Below are positions 1 to 7,928 of a stretch of 64,000 bases of DNA, one piece after another. The DNA is taken from NCBI GenBank assembly GCA_046329535.1, contig JAXLUN010000001.1:66856-130855 (forward strand), given 5' to 3'. The translations under genes were made by a program, and so were the position numbers. Source of the DNA: Chitinophagales bacterium (GTDB taxonomy: Bacteria > Bacteroidota > Bacteroidia > Chitinophagales > LD1). Within the stretch, counting starts at the first letter, position 1. Every line of letters starts with the position of its first letter. The notes under the pieces are model-generated. The model was given only the letters and a program-made list of their open reading frames with translations, had not been told where the DNA came from and ran no database searches.

Positions 1-1823
1 ATCTCTTTGTTGTTAGTTCCAATAACATTGTTGGCGAGTAGGTAAAATCTACTTTTTGTCGGTATCGAAACCATATAATTACTCGTATTGGTCAAATTCG
101 TAAGTGGCACATTAATCTGGTAAATATTTGCTGTGGGTAAAGTTGATGATAAATCATCTATTATTCTCCATACTTCATCGTTCCCGTTAGCACTGCCAAA
201 AAATGTATTTATAAATATGGCATCGTGTTCATTCGAAGCCAAATCGGGTACAAAATTTATGCCTCGGAAAGAAATCCCAGCATTACTATGTTGAAAAATT
301 TTTGTCCAGTTTCCGTTGCTCTCTCTTCGAAATAACTTATCACCAGCCAAAGCATAAACGATATGCGTATTGGGTGAGATAGCTACTCTTACATGTTCCT
401 GCAAAACTCCAGGATAAGTTCCAGTTAAACCTGGAGCTATCCGTAATTGCGTGTTTAAATTATCGTCTCTTGTCCATGTCTCTCCACCATCGGTAGAATA
501 AAAAACACCTAAACTAAAAAAGTCATATCCTGCGTTGAAATTATTTCTAGTGCCAACCCATATTTTGTTTAAATCACTCGGGTCAACAGCAATTGAAGAA
601 ATTCCTACAAACGTAAAGGTGTTACCTGTATTATTGTCAACAAAAGGAACGTACATCCAGTTTTGACAACCATCTTCTGTTTTCCATAACCCACCACCTG
701 TGCCTATTAATATTTTTTGCGGGGGATTTTGTATTGGGTTGGCTTTAGGTTCAGCCCATACAGCAAAAACTAAGTTTGCAGCTTGGTCAGGAGAAGCATC
801 CACTCCTATGTTATTCCATTCGTAATCGTTTGAACAATTATTAGGAACTAAATTTATTTGCTGAGCTAAGGCACGTGCATAAGGGTCAAAACTTCCGTCC
901 GCATTTACCATCAATCGCCAGTATTGCTTCCACTTCTGATACTCATTAAAGAACTCTTGCTCTCCATCACGACACAAGATCAATCCGGCTTCATCTAAGA
1001 TAGAATCTATTTTATGAACAATTTTAAAGTAATTATAGTCAAAGGAATCTTCAACCATTTCTTCGTATACCTCTTCTGCGATTTCAACACAATTGACATT
1101 AGTTACGGTTGTAGACACATGGCTGCTTAAACAGCCCGTAGTATCATTTTTACTTTTTAGCCAAACAGTATCAACACTATTTTCTTCAACTAATACATTT
1201 ATGTCTTCGCCATTATTGATTACCGTACTAGACCCAAAATTCGAATTCAGCGACCATACAACTTGATTTCCGTTGTCACCCGCCTGTAAACTTAAATAAG
1301 TAAAATTGTAAGTTGTGTCATCGCAAACACTCTGTGGGGCGGGTGCTGTCGGTGCCTCCGGCCTCATATTCACCTTCCCCGTAGTAAACACCCCACCACT
1401 CACACACCCCGTAGCACTCGTCCGGCTTCTCAACCAAAGCGTATCCGTTTCACCCGCATTTACCGTAAAATAAATATCGTTGCCACTGCTCACAACAGTA
1501 GAACTATCAAAACCACTATACCGGCTCCACTCAATCTGGTTACCCCCGCTGCCTGCCAATACACTATCAAACACAAACGTATAAGCCGTATCGCTGCACA
1601 CACTCTGCGAGGCAGGCGCAGTAGGGGCAGCCGGTAAACTCAAAATACTTATTACACCCGTTGCCTTGCGCGTGCTGCTCACACAACCTGCTGCCGAGCG
1701 CGAGGCCGCATAAAAAGCTCCGCCCGTAGTTGGGTTAACGGTTAAACCGGCACCACTGGCCGCACTGCCCAGTAAACTACCCCCGCTACTTTGGGTATAC
1801 CAATCAATACTGTTTCCCCGCAT
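1..1823 (-). CDS. Cell-surface repeat protein, C-terminal part. Cys-bounded Ig-like repeats are followed by a BNR/Asp-box beta-propeller-like region. The gene runs off the left edge of the window.
   Basis: It is absent from the ORF track because it has no stop inside the window. My own minus-strand translation (codon starts at positions equal to 2 mod 3) is open from the TAA at 1916-1914 down to base 1, and the first ATG is at 1823. It encodes two ~80-aa repeats at ~1130-1620 (SVC-DT-Y-F...AG..GNQ..WS...SS-V..G-DI...DT-WL-S...TGC-S). An Asp-box YSTDGGETW is encoded at 500-474. There is no signal peptide at this ATG, so it is probably the intact remainder of a longer gene. Confidence 0.7.
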   Translation of the reverse strand, partial: MRGNSIDWYTQSSGGSLLGSAASGAGLTVNPTTGGAFYAASRSAAGCVSSTRKATGVISILSLPAAPTAPASQSVCSDTAYTFVFDSVLAGSGGNQIEWSRYSGFDSSTVVSSGNDIYFTVNAGETDTLWLRSRTSATGCVSGGVFTTGKVNMRPEAPTAPAPQSVCDDTTYNFTYLSLQAGDNGNQVVWSLNSNFGSSTVINNGEDINVLVEENSVDTVWLKSKNDTTGCLSSHVSTTVTNVNCVEIAEEVYEEMVEDSFDYNYFKIVHKIDSILDEAGLILCRDGEQEFFNEYQKWKQYWRLMVNADGSFDPYARALAQQINLVPNNCSNDYEWNNIGVDASPDQAANLVFAVWAEPKANPIQNPPQKILIGTGGGLWKTEDGCQNWMYVPFVDNNTGNTFTFVGISSIAVDPSDLNKIWVGTRNNFNAGYDFFSLGVFYSTDGGETWTRDDNLNTQLRIAPGLTGTYPGVLQEHVRVAISPNTHIVYALAGDKLFRRESNGNWTKIFQHSNAGISFRGINFVPDLASNEHDAIFINTFFGSANGNDEVWRIIDDLSSTLPTANIYQINVPLTNLTNTSNYMVSIPTKSRFYLLANNVIGTNNKE

Positions 1824-3001
1824 TTTGTAGCGCTTATACTCAGTTAACTTTCGCTGCACACATTCGTAGCTGTGCTGGGGGTAGCAGCCGTTGGCACGCA
1901 GCAGGCCGTGGGTTTACTGTTGCTCAATTACATATCATCCTCCAGCAACCCACCGGCTATCCGATGCATTTGATACAAGGCACTGGATGTAGAGCCCACC
2001 GTATAATAGGTTGCTCCGGTGTCGGTCATGTAATACCGTGCCCGTTCTGGGTTGCCAATGCCCAGGTTTGTCCGGCAGGGGCACTACCCAACACTGTCAG
2101 GGTTACACCCGTGCCCTGGCACTGCGGGCTGTTACTGTAATGACAGGCGCAGCAGGACGAGGTTTCACCACCACACTAATCGTCACCGTATCAATCCCCA
2201 GCAGCCGGTCGCATCATAGCGGCTGTGGATATAGTAAGTTCCGCTGCTTGTAACTAACATACACGTTTATTTCCGTGGTTCCCGTTATGTATGGTCATAT
2301 TAAATCCAGAGCCAAAATACCAGGTCTGTCCGCTAGAGGTGTTCCAACTCGGTCAAGGTAACCTGTCCGCAATTGGGCGAATTACTCGTGGGTGCATTGG
2401 GTGCCGGGCACCGGCAAAGCCGTAACGACAAGAAAGCTGTTCGGGTCGCGCTTACACATCGCACTGCTCTTTCGCTTCTACGCCATAATGACATGCTCGG
2501 TATCCATGATAGGCCAGTAATAGGCTGCGCTGTGCTGGTCAACGGCACATTTCCGGTTGCTTGCGTATACCAAAAATAGTGTTCCCCACCGAATTACCCT
2601 TAACCCGGCAGCTACCACTGCATACGGTGCTGTCATCAATCGATTTGGTGGGTGCCGCAGGCACTGCATTCACCGTTACGGTAGCCGTGGCACAGGCTGT
2701 AGTGCTGCTGCAACTGCCGCCTTCCGCTCTTGCCCAATAAGCTTTTAGTCGTAGTCGGGCTAACTGTAATCACGGCCCCGGCTGTCTATCAAAGTTCCTC
2801 CGCAACTGCCCGTATACCACTTCCATTGCGCCCCTGTTCAACGTTTCACTTCCGTTAAACTGGTCGATGCTGCCGTTACAGATAGATAAAGTTCCGCTCA
2901 CTCCGCTGGCGCAGCGCTGTCTGCTCACACATCTGCTTCCGCTTAAGGTAATTGGCAAAACTGCTGTAAAAGTAGCCAGGTAGCAAGTAAGGTTTTTTCA
3001 T
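1824..3001 (-). pseudogene. Frameshift-disrupted 5' portion of the same adhesin-like gene (signal peptide plus Ig-like repeats). The alternative is a locally error-rich assembly.
   Basis: An ATG at 3001-2999 is followed by an A6 run (T6 on the plus strand, 2993-2998). The signal-peptide-like KNLTCYLATFTAVLPITLSGS lies one frame off, in the frame of ORF 2770..2958. The repeat sequence can only be followed by hopping frames: ...SETLN / TGAQWKWYTGSCGGTLIDS / AGAVITVSPTTTKS / YWARAEGGSCSSTTACATATVTVNAVPAAPT. The switches sit at C4 2831-2834, C4 2776-2779 and T4 2743-2746. The track shows only short fragments in three minus frames plus spurious plus-strand ORFs. Confidence 0.55.
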
Positions 3002-3242
3002 AGGACAGGTTTTATGGTGAATAGAAAAAGAGGGAGAGTATCGCTAATTCACAAATGTAAACGTCTTGGCGGCAAATACAGTTACTTCCGCTATGTAAAC
3101 AAACAAAACCCCGTAGGGTGGTATAGAGTTAAAACCGCCCACCCTTAACGGATAAAAAAGCGATAGCTCACAGGTCCAGTTCAAACAACTGCGGGTCTGC
3201 CGTAAACACGCTGTCCACTATTGTTGGCCGTCAGGTTGTTCT

Positions 3243-3434
3243 TTAACTCTTCAACTGAAAACTGTCAAACTGTGCCGTATCGCTCACATAAACTTCATAC
3301 AAGGCAAAAGTTCTTGGCACACCATTCAGGGTTTCTATATTATAATATCCCTTCACCGAATCAACCACTGCCGCATTCTGGCAATAAACAGTTCCTGCCA
3401 TCAGCAGCATAAAAAGTGTTACAGATAATTTCAT
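3243..3434 (-). CDS. Small secreted hypothetical protein (63 aa)
   Basis: It has an ATG start and an N-terminal signal peptide, MKLSVTLFMLLMAGTVYCQ. I recognise no family. Confidence 0.5.
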   Translation of the reverse strand: MKLSVTLFMLLMAGTVYCQNAAVVDSVKGYYNIETLNGVPRTFALYEVYVSDTAQFDSFQLKS

Positions 3435-3596
3435 AGTGTTTGTTTATTAAGTAAAGGTATTTTGCTTTTTAGGCAATGTCAATCATTCAGTAGGTTTATT
3501 TTGCTATGAGTTTAGTCAGGTCTGTCTTTTTTTCCTTGTCCAATCAATCCCTTCCTGTTTGTTTCACAAAGTATTGTTTTCTCAGCCATTAAACTT

Positions 3597-3618
3597 CCCA
3601 CGGTTTCCGTGGGTTTTT
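3597..3618 (+). terminator. Intrinsic-terminator-like hairpin on the plus strand with no plus-strand ORF upstream
   Basis: CCCACGG (3597-3603), TTT loop, CCGTGGG (3607-3613), then TTTTT (3614-3618). Confidence 0.4.
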
Positions 3619-3634
3619 GTTAAAAGTGTAACTC

Positions 3635-3664
3635 AAATAAAAAAGGCCGCGCGTGTGCGCGGCC
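3635..3664 (-). terminator. Rho-independent terminator of the 318-aa gene
   Basis: GGCCGCGC (3645-3652), GTGT loop, GCGCGGCC (3657-3664). On the minus strand this is followed by TTTTTTATTT (3644-3635). It lies 28 nt after the stop at 3692. Confidence 0.75.
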
Positions 3665-3691
3665 TCCGGCCCTGCTCCTAATAAATTCATC

Positions 3692-4648
3692 TCAAAATTT
3701 CTTCAAGCTTATGTTCTTCGTACTCACCGTACCCGTTTCTACAATCACCTCCGTTTCCTGTAAAGTATACCCCGGCAGTTCCGTTTTCATCCCGTACCTC
3801 TGCGCCCTCATTTGCAGCGATACAAAGTAACCGTCCTCCTCACTGGTTACCACAATAGCCGGTTCATTCTCCGGGGTAAAAGTAATAGTAACACCGGCCA
3901 GCCCCGCATGGGTATCGGTATCCTGCACCCTACCGCGCACCCCCGCAGTTTTCGGGTTCACCATATCCAGCAGCGTAGCAAACACAAATAAAGAACGCAC
4001 CCCGGCATCATTCACATAAACCCGCTGCGCATCCTTCATCATATCCATCCCCTCCGTATAGCAGGCATTCAGAGCCCTCACCTTCGCTGCGGTAGCCTCC
4101 TGTGTCTGCTCAGCCACCTTAAACTGCCAGTAAGTCTTTTCAAAATCCTTCCGCCTGCTCTCTACCTCTGCCTGAAAAGTAGCAGGCATATTCCCCGGCC
4201 CTGTTAAGGCACTCAGTTTAGCTTCAATATAAATCTTCATACTATCCCCCAATCCCTGCACACTCTCCCAATCCTCACGGCTGCCATCCCGGTAATAAGC
4301 CTGCCCCGCCTCCTCATAATTAGGCTTGCGCATCGGCACATCCTCCCCCTTAAACACATCATCAATATACCCTTTCAGCAACTGAAAATCATTCAAACAA
4401 TAACCGGCCTCTCGAACCAGTTTAATCCGCAACTCCTCCGCCTCCCCGCTGCGGGCCTGGTAATCCGGCAATGTCCGCGCTGCGGCAATACGCGCCTTAG
4501 CCTCACTCGCCAGCAAAGCGGTATACTTCGCAGGCTTGTAAGCCATTAGTTTATCCAAATGCATGTCATAATTATCCCAGGCTGTTTCCAGCACACTGAT
4601 TAAATCCTTTTGCGAGCAGGGATAACTCGCGGTTACTTCAGTTTCCAT
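3692..4648 (-). CDS. Hypothetical protein with a helical N-terminal region and a C-terminal carboxypeptidase-regulatory-like beta-sandwich. No signal peptide.
   Basis: A 318-aa ORF with an ATG start. The C-terminal ~85 aa (GVRGRVQDTDTHAGLAGVTITF...EDGYF...LPGYTLQE) resembles a CarboxypepD_reg-type fold. A strong terminator lies downstream. Confidence 0.7.
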   Translation of the reverse strand: METEVTASYPCSQKDLISVLETAWDNYDMHLDKLMAYKPAKYTALLASEAKARIAAARTLPDYQARSGEAEELRIKLVREAGYCLNDFQLLKGYIDDVFKGEDVPMRKPNYEEAGQAYYRDGSREDWESVQGLGDSMKIYIEAKLSALTGPGNMPATFQAEVESRRKDFEKTYWQFKVAEQTQEATAAKVRALNACYTEGMDMMKDAQRVYVNDAGVRSLFVFATLLDMVNPKTAGVRGRVQDTDTHAGLAGVTITFTPENEPAIVVTSEEDGYFVSLQMRAQRYGMKTELPGYTLQETEVIVETGTVSTKNISLKKF

Positions 4649-4807
4649 GGTTTTTAAATTTAAAAGGTTATTAAATAATTACACCCTCTAAACGCAAAAC
4701 CATTTTCAGTTAGTATGTTTCAATAGTCATAATACTGTCAAAAAATCTTAACGCTGCTTTGCATTTTAAGTCCTCTCCTTCGGTCAGGAGTGGGGTAAGG
4801 TCTTTCC

Positions 4808-5017
4808 ATGTCAATCCTGTTTTGAAGCATGTCAAACGGGCTTCTAAGTATGTCAATTTAACAACTGAACGTGTCAGCCATCCTTTTAAGGCTGTCAATT
4901 ATATCTCACGCTTAGTAAAACACATTTCTAAGCATGTCAGCTTCGTAACGGGCCATGTCAATCCGCCTTCTATGCGTGTCAGTCATATTTTGAAAACCTG
5001 CATCACTGCATAATATA
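4808..5017. repeat. Phased 21-bp direct-repeat array with a conserved core (A)AG(C)-ATGTCA-(A/G) and a variable ~10-bp spacer
   Basis: The core xTGTCAx occurs at 4808, 4829, 4850, 4871, 4892, 4934, 4955 and 4976, all exactly 21 bp apart. Degenerate units fall at 4913 (TAGTAAA) and 4997. The array lies in the 600-bp gap between divergent genes (starts at 4648 minus and 5248 plus). Confidence 0.85.
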
Positions 5018-5176
5018 GGTCTTTCACTGCTTCGGGCTGTGGTCTGTCCCGCATTTTCATGTTCAGTCTCGTAATATTTTAGATAAAACAAACGCTGAAA
5101 TGATAAAGACAAAGTTCAGGTAGAGAATAGTTTGCCCCACCCTGAAAAATTTGTGCTGAAATAATTTTATTGCTTG

Positions 5177-5184
5177 TAGATTTG
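5177..5184 (+). promoter_or_regulatory. Bacteroidota-type -7 promoter element (TAnnTTTG) upstream of the EVE gene
   Basis: TAGATTTG at 5177-5184, 64 nt before the ATG at 5248. A possible -33 TTTG lies at 5150-5153, but the 23-nt spacing is slightly long. Confidence 0.35.
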
Positions 5185-5247
5185 CTTGGTCATAACGCTT
5201 CAATCTCTGAATTGATGCGATTAAACAACAACCATTAACTACCTGTT

Positions 5248-5661
5248 ATGAACTACTGGCTTATTAAATCTGACCCGGAGACATATTCTTTCGAGCGAAT
5301 GAAAAAAGAGAAGGTTACCTTTTGGGATGGCGTGCGTAACTATGCGGCCCGTAACAATATGAAGGCCATGAAAAAAGGCGACCTGCTTTTCTTTTACGAA
5401 AGCATGAACGGAGAGCCTTCTATTGTGGGTATCGTTAAACTGGTCAAAGAATTTTATCAGGACCCCAGCACCGATGAGACCGCCTGGGTATGTGTAGATG
5501 TGGAATTTAAAGAGTCCATGAAACGTCCGGTTACCTTAGCCGAAGTGAAGAAAAATCCTAAGCTGTCACAAATGGCCTTAGTAAGATTGTCCCGACTAAG
5601 CGTGCAGCCTGTTACCAAAGAGGAATGGGAGGAGGTCATCCGCATGTCTAAAGTTAAATAA
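5248..5661 (+). CDS. EVE domain (PUA-like, Thy28/DUF55-type) protein
   Basis: The 137-aa sequence follows the typical EVE layout: MNYWLIKSDPETYSF...WDGVRNYAARNNMKAMKKGDLLFFYES...IVGIVKLVKEFYQDP...WVCVDV. Confidence 0.8.
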   Translation: MNYWLIKSDPETYSFERMKKEKVTFWDGVRNYAARNNMKAMKKGDLLFFYESMNGEPSIVGIVKLVKEFYQDPSTDETAWVCVDVEFKESMKRPVTLAEVKKNPKLSQMALVRLSRLSVQPVTKEEWEEVIRMSKVK

Positions 5662-5667
5662 ACAACG

Positions 5668-6348
5668 GTGGCCAATAAATTTTCATTCAGTAACCTGATT
5701 GATTCGGTATCCAGATTGATAGCAGAGGAGCAAGTGCAGCAAAAGAAACTCTCACCTCAGCAGCAGTCTCACCAGCAGGAGATAGAAAATGCCATTCTTG
5801 TTTTATCGGCAGAGGTGATTCGCTGCGATAAGAATTTTACGGAAGACACCGAGAAGTTTATTCATGAATTTCTTCAACGTCAGTTTGGAAGGGGGAATAA
5901 AAAGCATCGCACAGATTCCGTCAGCCATCATATAGAAACAGGCACCGAGCCCTATACAAAAATTGCCTGTAAAGAATTAAAGCTACTCACCACGCACGAT
6001 TCGCGAATCAGCATCATTCGTTTTTTGTTTGGCATTGCCGCAGCCGATGATTTTGTAAACGCCAAAGAGACTCGGGTTATTCATCGTATCTCCGGTTATC
6101 TGGGTATCAGCGAGAAAGACTTTAAGGAGGTAAAGTATGCTGTGTTGCAGAATAACAACCCCTACTACGCATTGGACATAGATGAAGATGCCTCCTGGGA
6201 ACAGATAAAGCAGGCATACCGAAGAATGGTTTTGAAACATCACCCCGATAAGCGGGAGCATCATATTACGGAAGAAGAGGCAACACAGCGTTTCAGAGGA
6301 ATACAACGGGCCTTTGAAATTATTAAACAACAAATGGGCAAGGAATAA
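5668..6348 (+). CDS. TerB-like / J-domain protein (DjlA-like co-chaperone without a TM segment)
   Basis: The C-terminal J domain reads YYALDIDEDASWEQIKQAYRRMVLKHHPDK. The middle region looks like a TerB-type helical bundle. The start is GTG, 6 nt after the EVE stop. Confidence 0.7.
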   Translation: MANKFSFSNLIDSVSRLIAEEQVQQKKLSPQQQSHQQEIENAILVLSAEVIRCDKNFTEDTEKFIHEFLQRQFGRGNKKHRTDSVSHHIETGTEPYTKIACKELKLLTTHDSRISIIRFLFGIAAADDFVNAKETRVIHRISGYLGISEKDFKEVKYAVLQNNNPYYALDIDEDASWEQIKQAYRRMVLKHHPDKREHHITEEEATQRFRGIQRAFEIIKQQMGKE

Positions 6349-6389
6349 GCCTGACCGAATCTTCTATCTAATAAAATTACCTTCGCCCT

Positions 6390-7331
6390 ATGCTCCGTTA
6401 TAAAGCCGATAGAAGAACGTTACTGAATGTAATTCTGTATTTTGTGGTGGCTGTTACCCCTTGGTTACTCTGGCCGGCAATGAATACCTGGCAGATTTTT
6501 CTGTGGGTTGTTGCAAACTGTTTAATGTCATTTATCTGTGCAACCATTGTTCATAACACCATCCACGTACCTATTTTTTACAAGCGTTGGCTGAATAAAG
6601 TGTTTCAGGTAGTTCTTAGTTTTACTTATGGGCATTCTACCAGTGCCTATGTGCCGGGTCATAACTTCAGCCATCATAAATATACCCAAACTCCCAAAGA
6701 TGCTATTCGTACTTCTAAGGCAAGATTTCGAATTAACCTGCTGAATCAGCTTTTCTTTTTCTTTATTATGAGTGGAGATATATTGAAAGGAGAAATACGT
6801 TTTGCGCGAAAGATGTATACCGAACGTCCGGCCTGGTTTCGTCAGTATGCGTTGGAGATGCTTCTGGTTATTGGAACTAAAGTAATACTGGCTTTTATTA
6901 ACTGGAAATGCTTTGTGTTGTTTGTATTAATACCACATCAGTATGCTGCCTGGGGCATTGTAGGCACCAACTATTTTCAACATGACGGGTGCGATGAAGA
7001 GCATCCCTACAATCACAGCCGAAATTTTACCGGCTCGTGGTTAAACTGGTTATTGTTCAATAACGGATATCATGGCGCGCACCACATGAAACCCAACCTG
7101 CATTGGAGTTTGTATCCGGAGTATCATGCTGCACATGTTCGGCCATTTGTTCATGTTTCTCTCGATAGGAAATCACTTTTATCTTACTTGGTTGCCACAC
7201 ACATATATCCGGCCAAACGTATAAACTACCTCGGTGAGCCTTTGGTTCTTTCTGCGGCTGTTAAAGATGAAGATTGGGTAGGTGAGGTGAAGGTGCAGGA
7301 GCACGTTACAGATATGGCCGGGTCTTACTGA
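6390..7331 (+). CDS. Membrane fatty-acid desaturase family protein
   Basis: TM segments are present with three His boxes: HNTIH, HNFSHH, and HGAHHMKP following QHDG. Confidence 0.75.
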   Translation: MLRYKADRRTLLNVILYFVVAVTPWLLWPAMNTWQIFLWVVANCLMSFICATIVHNTIHVPIFYKRWLNKVFQVVLSFTYGHSTSAYVPGHNFSHHKYTQTPKDAIRTSKARFRINLLNQLFFFFIMSGDILKGEIRFARKMYTERPAWFRQYALEMLLVIGTKVILAFINWKCFVLFVLIPHQYAAWGIVGTNYFQHDGCDEEHPYNHSRNFTGSWLNWLLFNNGYHGAHHMKPNLHWSLYPEYHAAHVRPFVHVSLDRKSLLSYLVATHIYPAKRINYLGEPLVLSAAVKDEDWVGEVKVQEHVTDMAGSY

Positions 7332-7363
7332 GTTTTCGGTTGTATCTCTGTTCTTGTAAAATT

Positions 7364-7894
7364 TTAGAGATTATCTAAAATAAAATCTACCCGTAAATCA
7401 GCCTTTAATACCGGCACTCTCACTATAGGAAATGGCAGCGATTCATACACCTCAATTAATGCCTGATGTATTTTTTTTTGAGCTGCGTCATCTTCCATAC
7501 GGGCATAATCGTTTACAAGCGGCAAACAATCCAGAATGAAAATTTTTCTGTACGAAATATTCTGCAAAGCATCTTTCAGCTCTTTATCTTCAGGAAGATT
7601 CAGAAAATGATAGTATGCATGAACATCCGGAACCGCCCGGTCAAAAAAGATCACATCATGGGGTGAGAGCTGTTTTTCCTGTTCAATCTGCAGTTTCAGT
7701 ACTGCCAGCTGAAACTCCCTTAAGTGATTTCGAACATCTTCTACCGTTCTCCCATTCATCTGCTGCATGTCTATGTAATGCCGGGCATGCTCAATGGTGG
7801 TTTTATATCCTCTTTCTTTCAGAATATTTACGGTAGTTGTTTTTCCCGAACTGGGGCCGCCTGTAATTACATACCAGTTTGTATTTCTATTCAA
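7364..7894 (-). CDS. P-loop ATPase/kinase (AAA_28 / NadR-like)
   Basis: Walker A GGPSSGKTT lies near the N-terminus of a 176-aa protein. TTG is the only available start. Confidence 0.65.
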   Translation of the reverse strand: MNRNTNWYVITGGPSSGKTTTVNILKERGYKTTIEHARHYIDMQQMNGRTVEDVRNHLREFQLAVLKLQIEQEKQLSPHDVIFFDRAVPDVHAYYHFLNLPEDKELKDALQNISYRKIFILDCLPLVNDYARMEDDAAQKKIHQALIEVYESLPFPIVRVPVLKADLRVDFILDNL

Positions 7895-7928
7895 TGTTTT
7901 TCTGTTTGATGAATACGCTGAAACTTGA

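Noticed and set aside
2011-2958. Eight 60-80-aa ORFs on both strands (2011..2253, 2333..2548, 2373..2579, 2478..2669, 2557..2748, 2770..2958 and others) considered as independent small genes
   Set aside because: They tile a GC-rich stretch that is recognisably one Ig-repeat adhesin sequence read in shifting frames. The plus-strand ones are low-complexity, Arg/Cys/Gly-rich antisense artefacts.
1100-3000. The adhesin repeats considered as a diversity-generating retroelement (template/variable repeat) or a shufflon-type variable region
   Set aside because: The repeats are diverged at the DNA level and similar only as protein. There is no near-identical repeat pair differing at adenines, and no reverse transcriptase or recombinase gene in the window.
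1300-4700. A GC-rich block (57-60 percent in spot counts versus about 38-40 percent elsewhere) considered as a horizontally acquired island bounded by the repeat array
   Set aside because: The intact native SprB-repeat gene at 30705..33728 has the same composition (63 percent in the line at 32101-32160). The bias is therefore explained by the Gly/Ala/Thr/Cys/Pro-rich repeat domains. No integrase, tRNA or direct-repeat boundaries are present.
4808-4982. Reading the TGTCA cores as classical PhoB Pho boxes, since two phosphatase genes are in the window
   Set aside because: Pho boxes are CTGTCAT direct repeats at 11-bp phasing. Here the period is 21 bp, most cores are ATGTCAA, the phosphatase genes are more than 50 kb away, and their own control region has no such motif.
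4710-5013. ORFs 4759..5013 (plus, 84 aa, apparent heptad repeat HV-xxxxK) and 4710..4898 (minus) considered as repeat proteins
   Set aside because: The open frames follow automatically from a 21-bp (3n) DNA repeat that lacks stop triplets. Conservation is at the nucleotide level, including the third codon position of GTC. The spacer residues are not conserved, and both strands are open at once.
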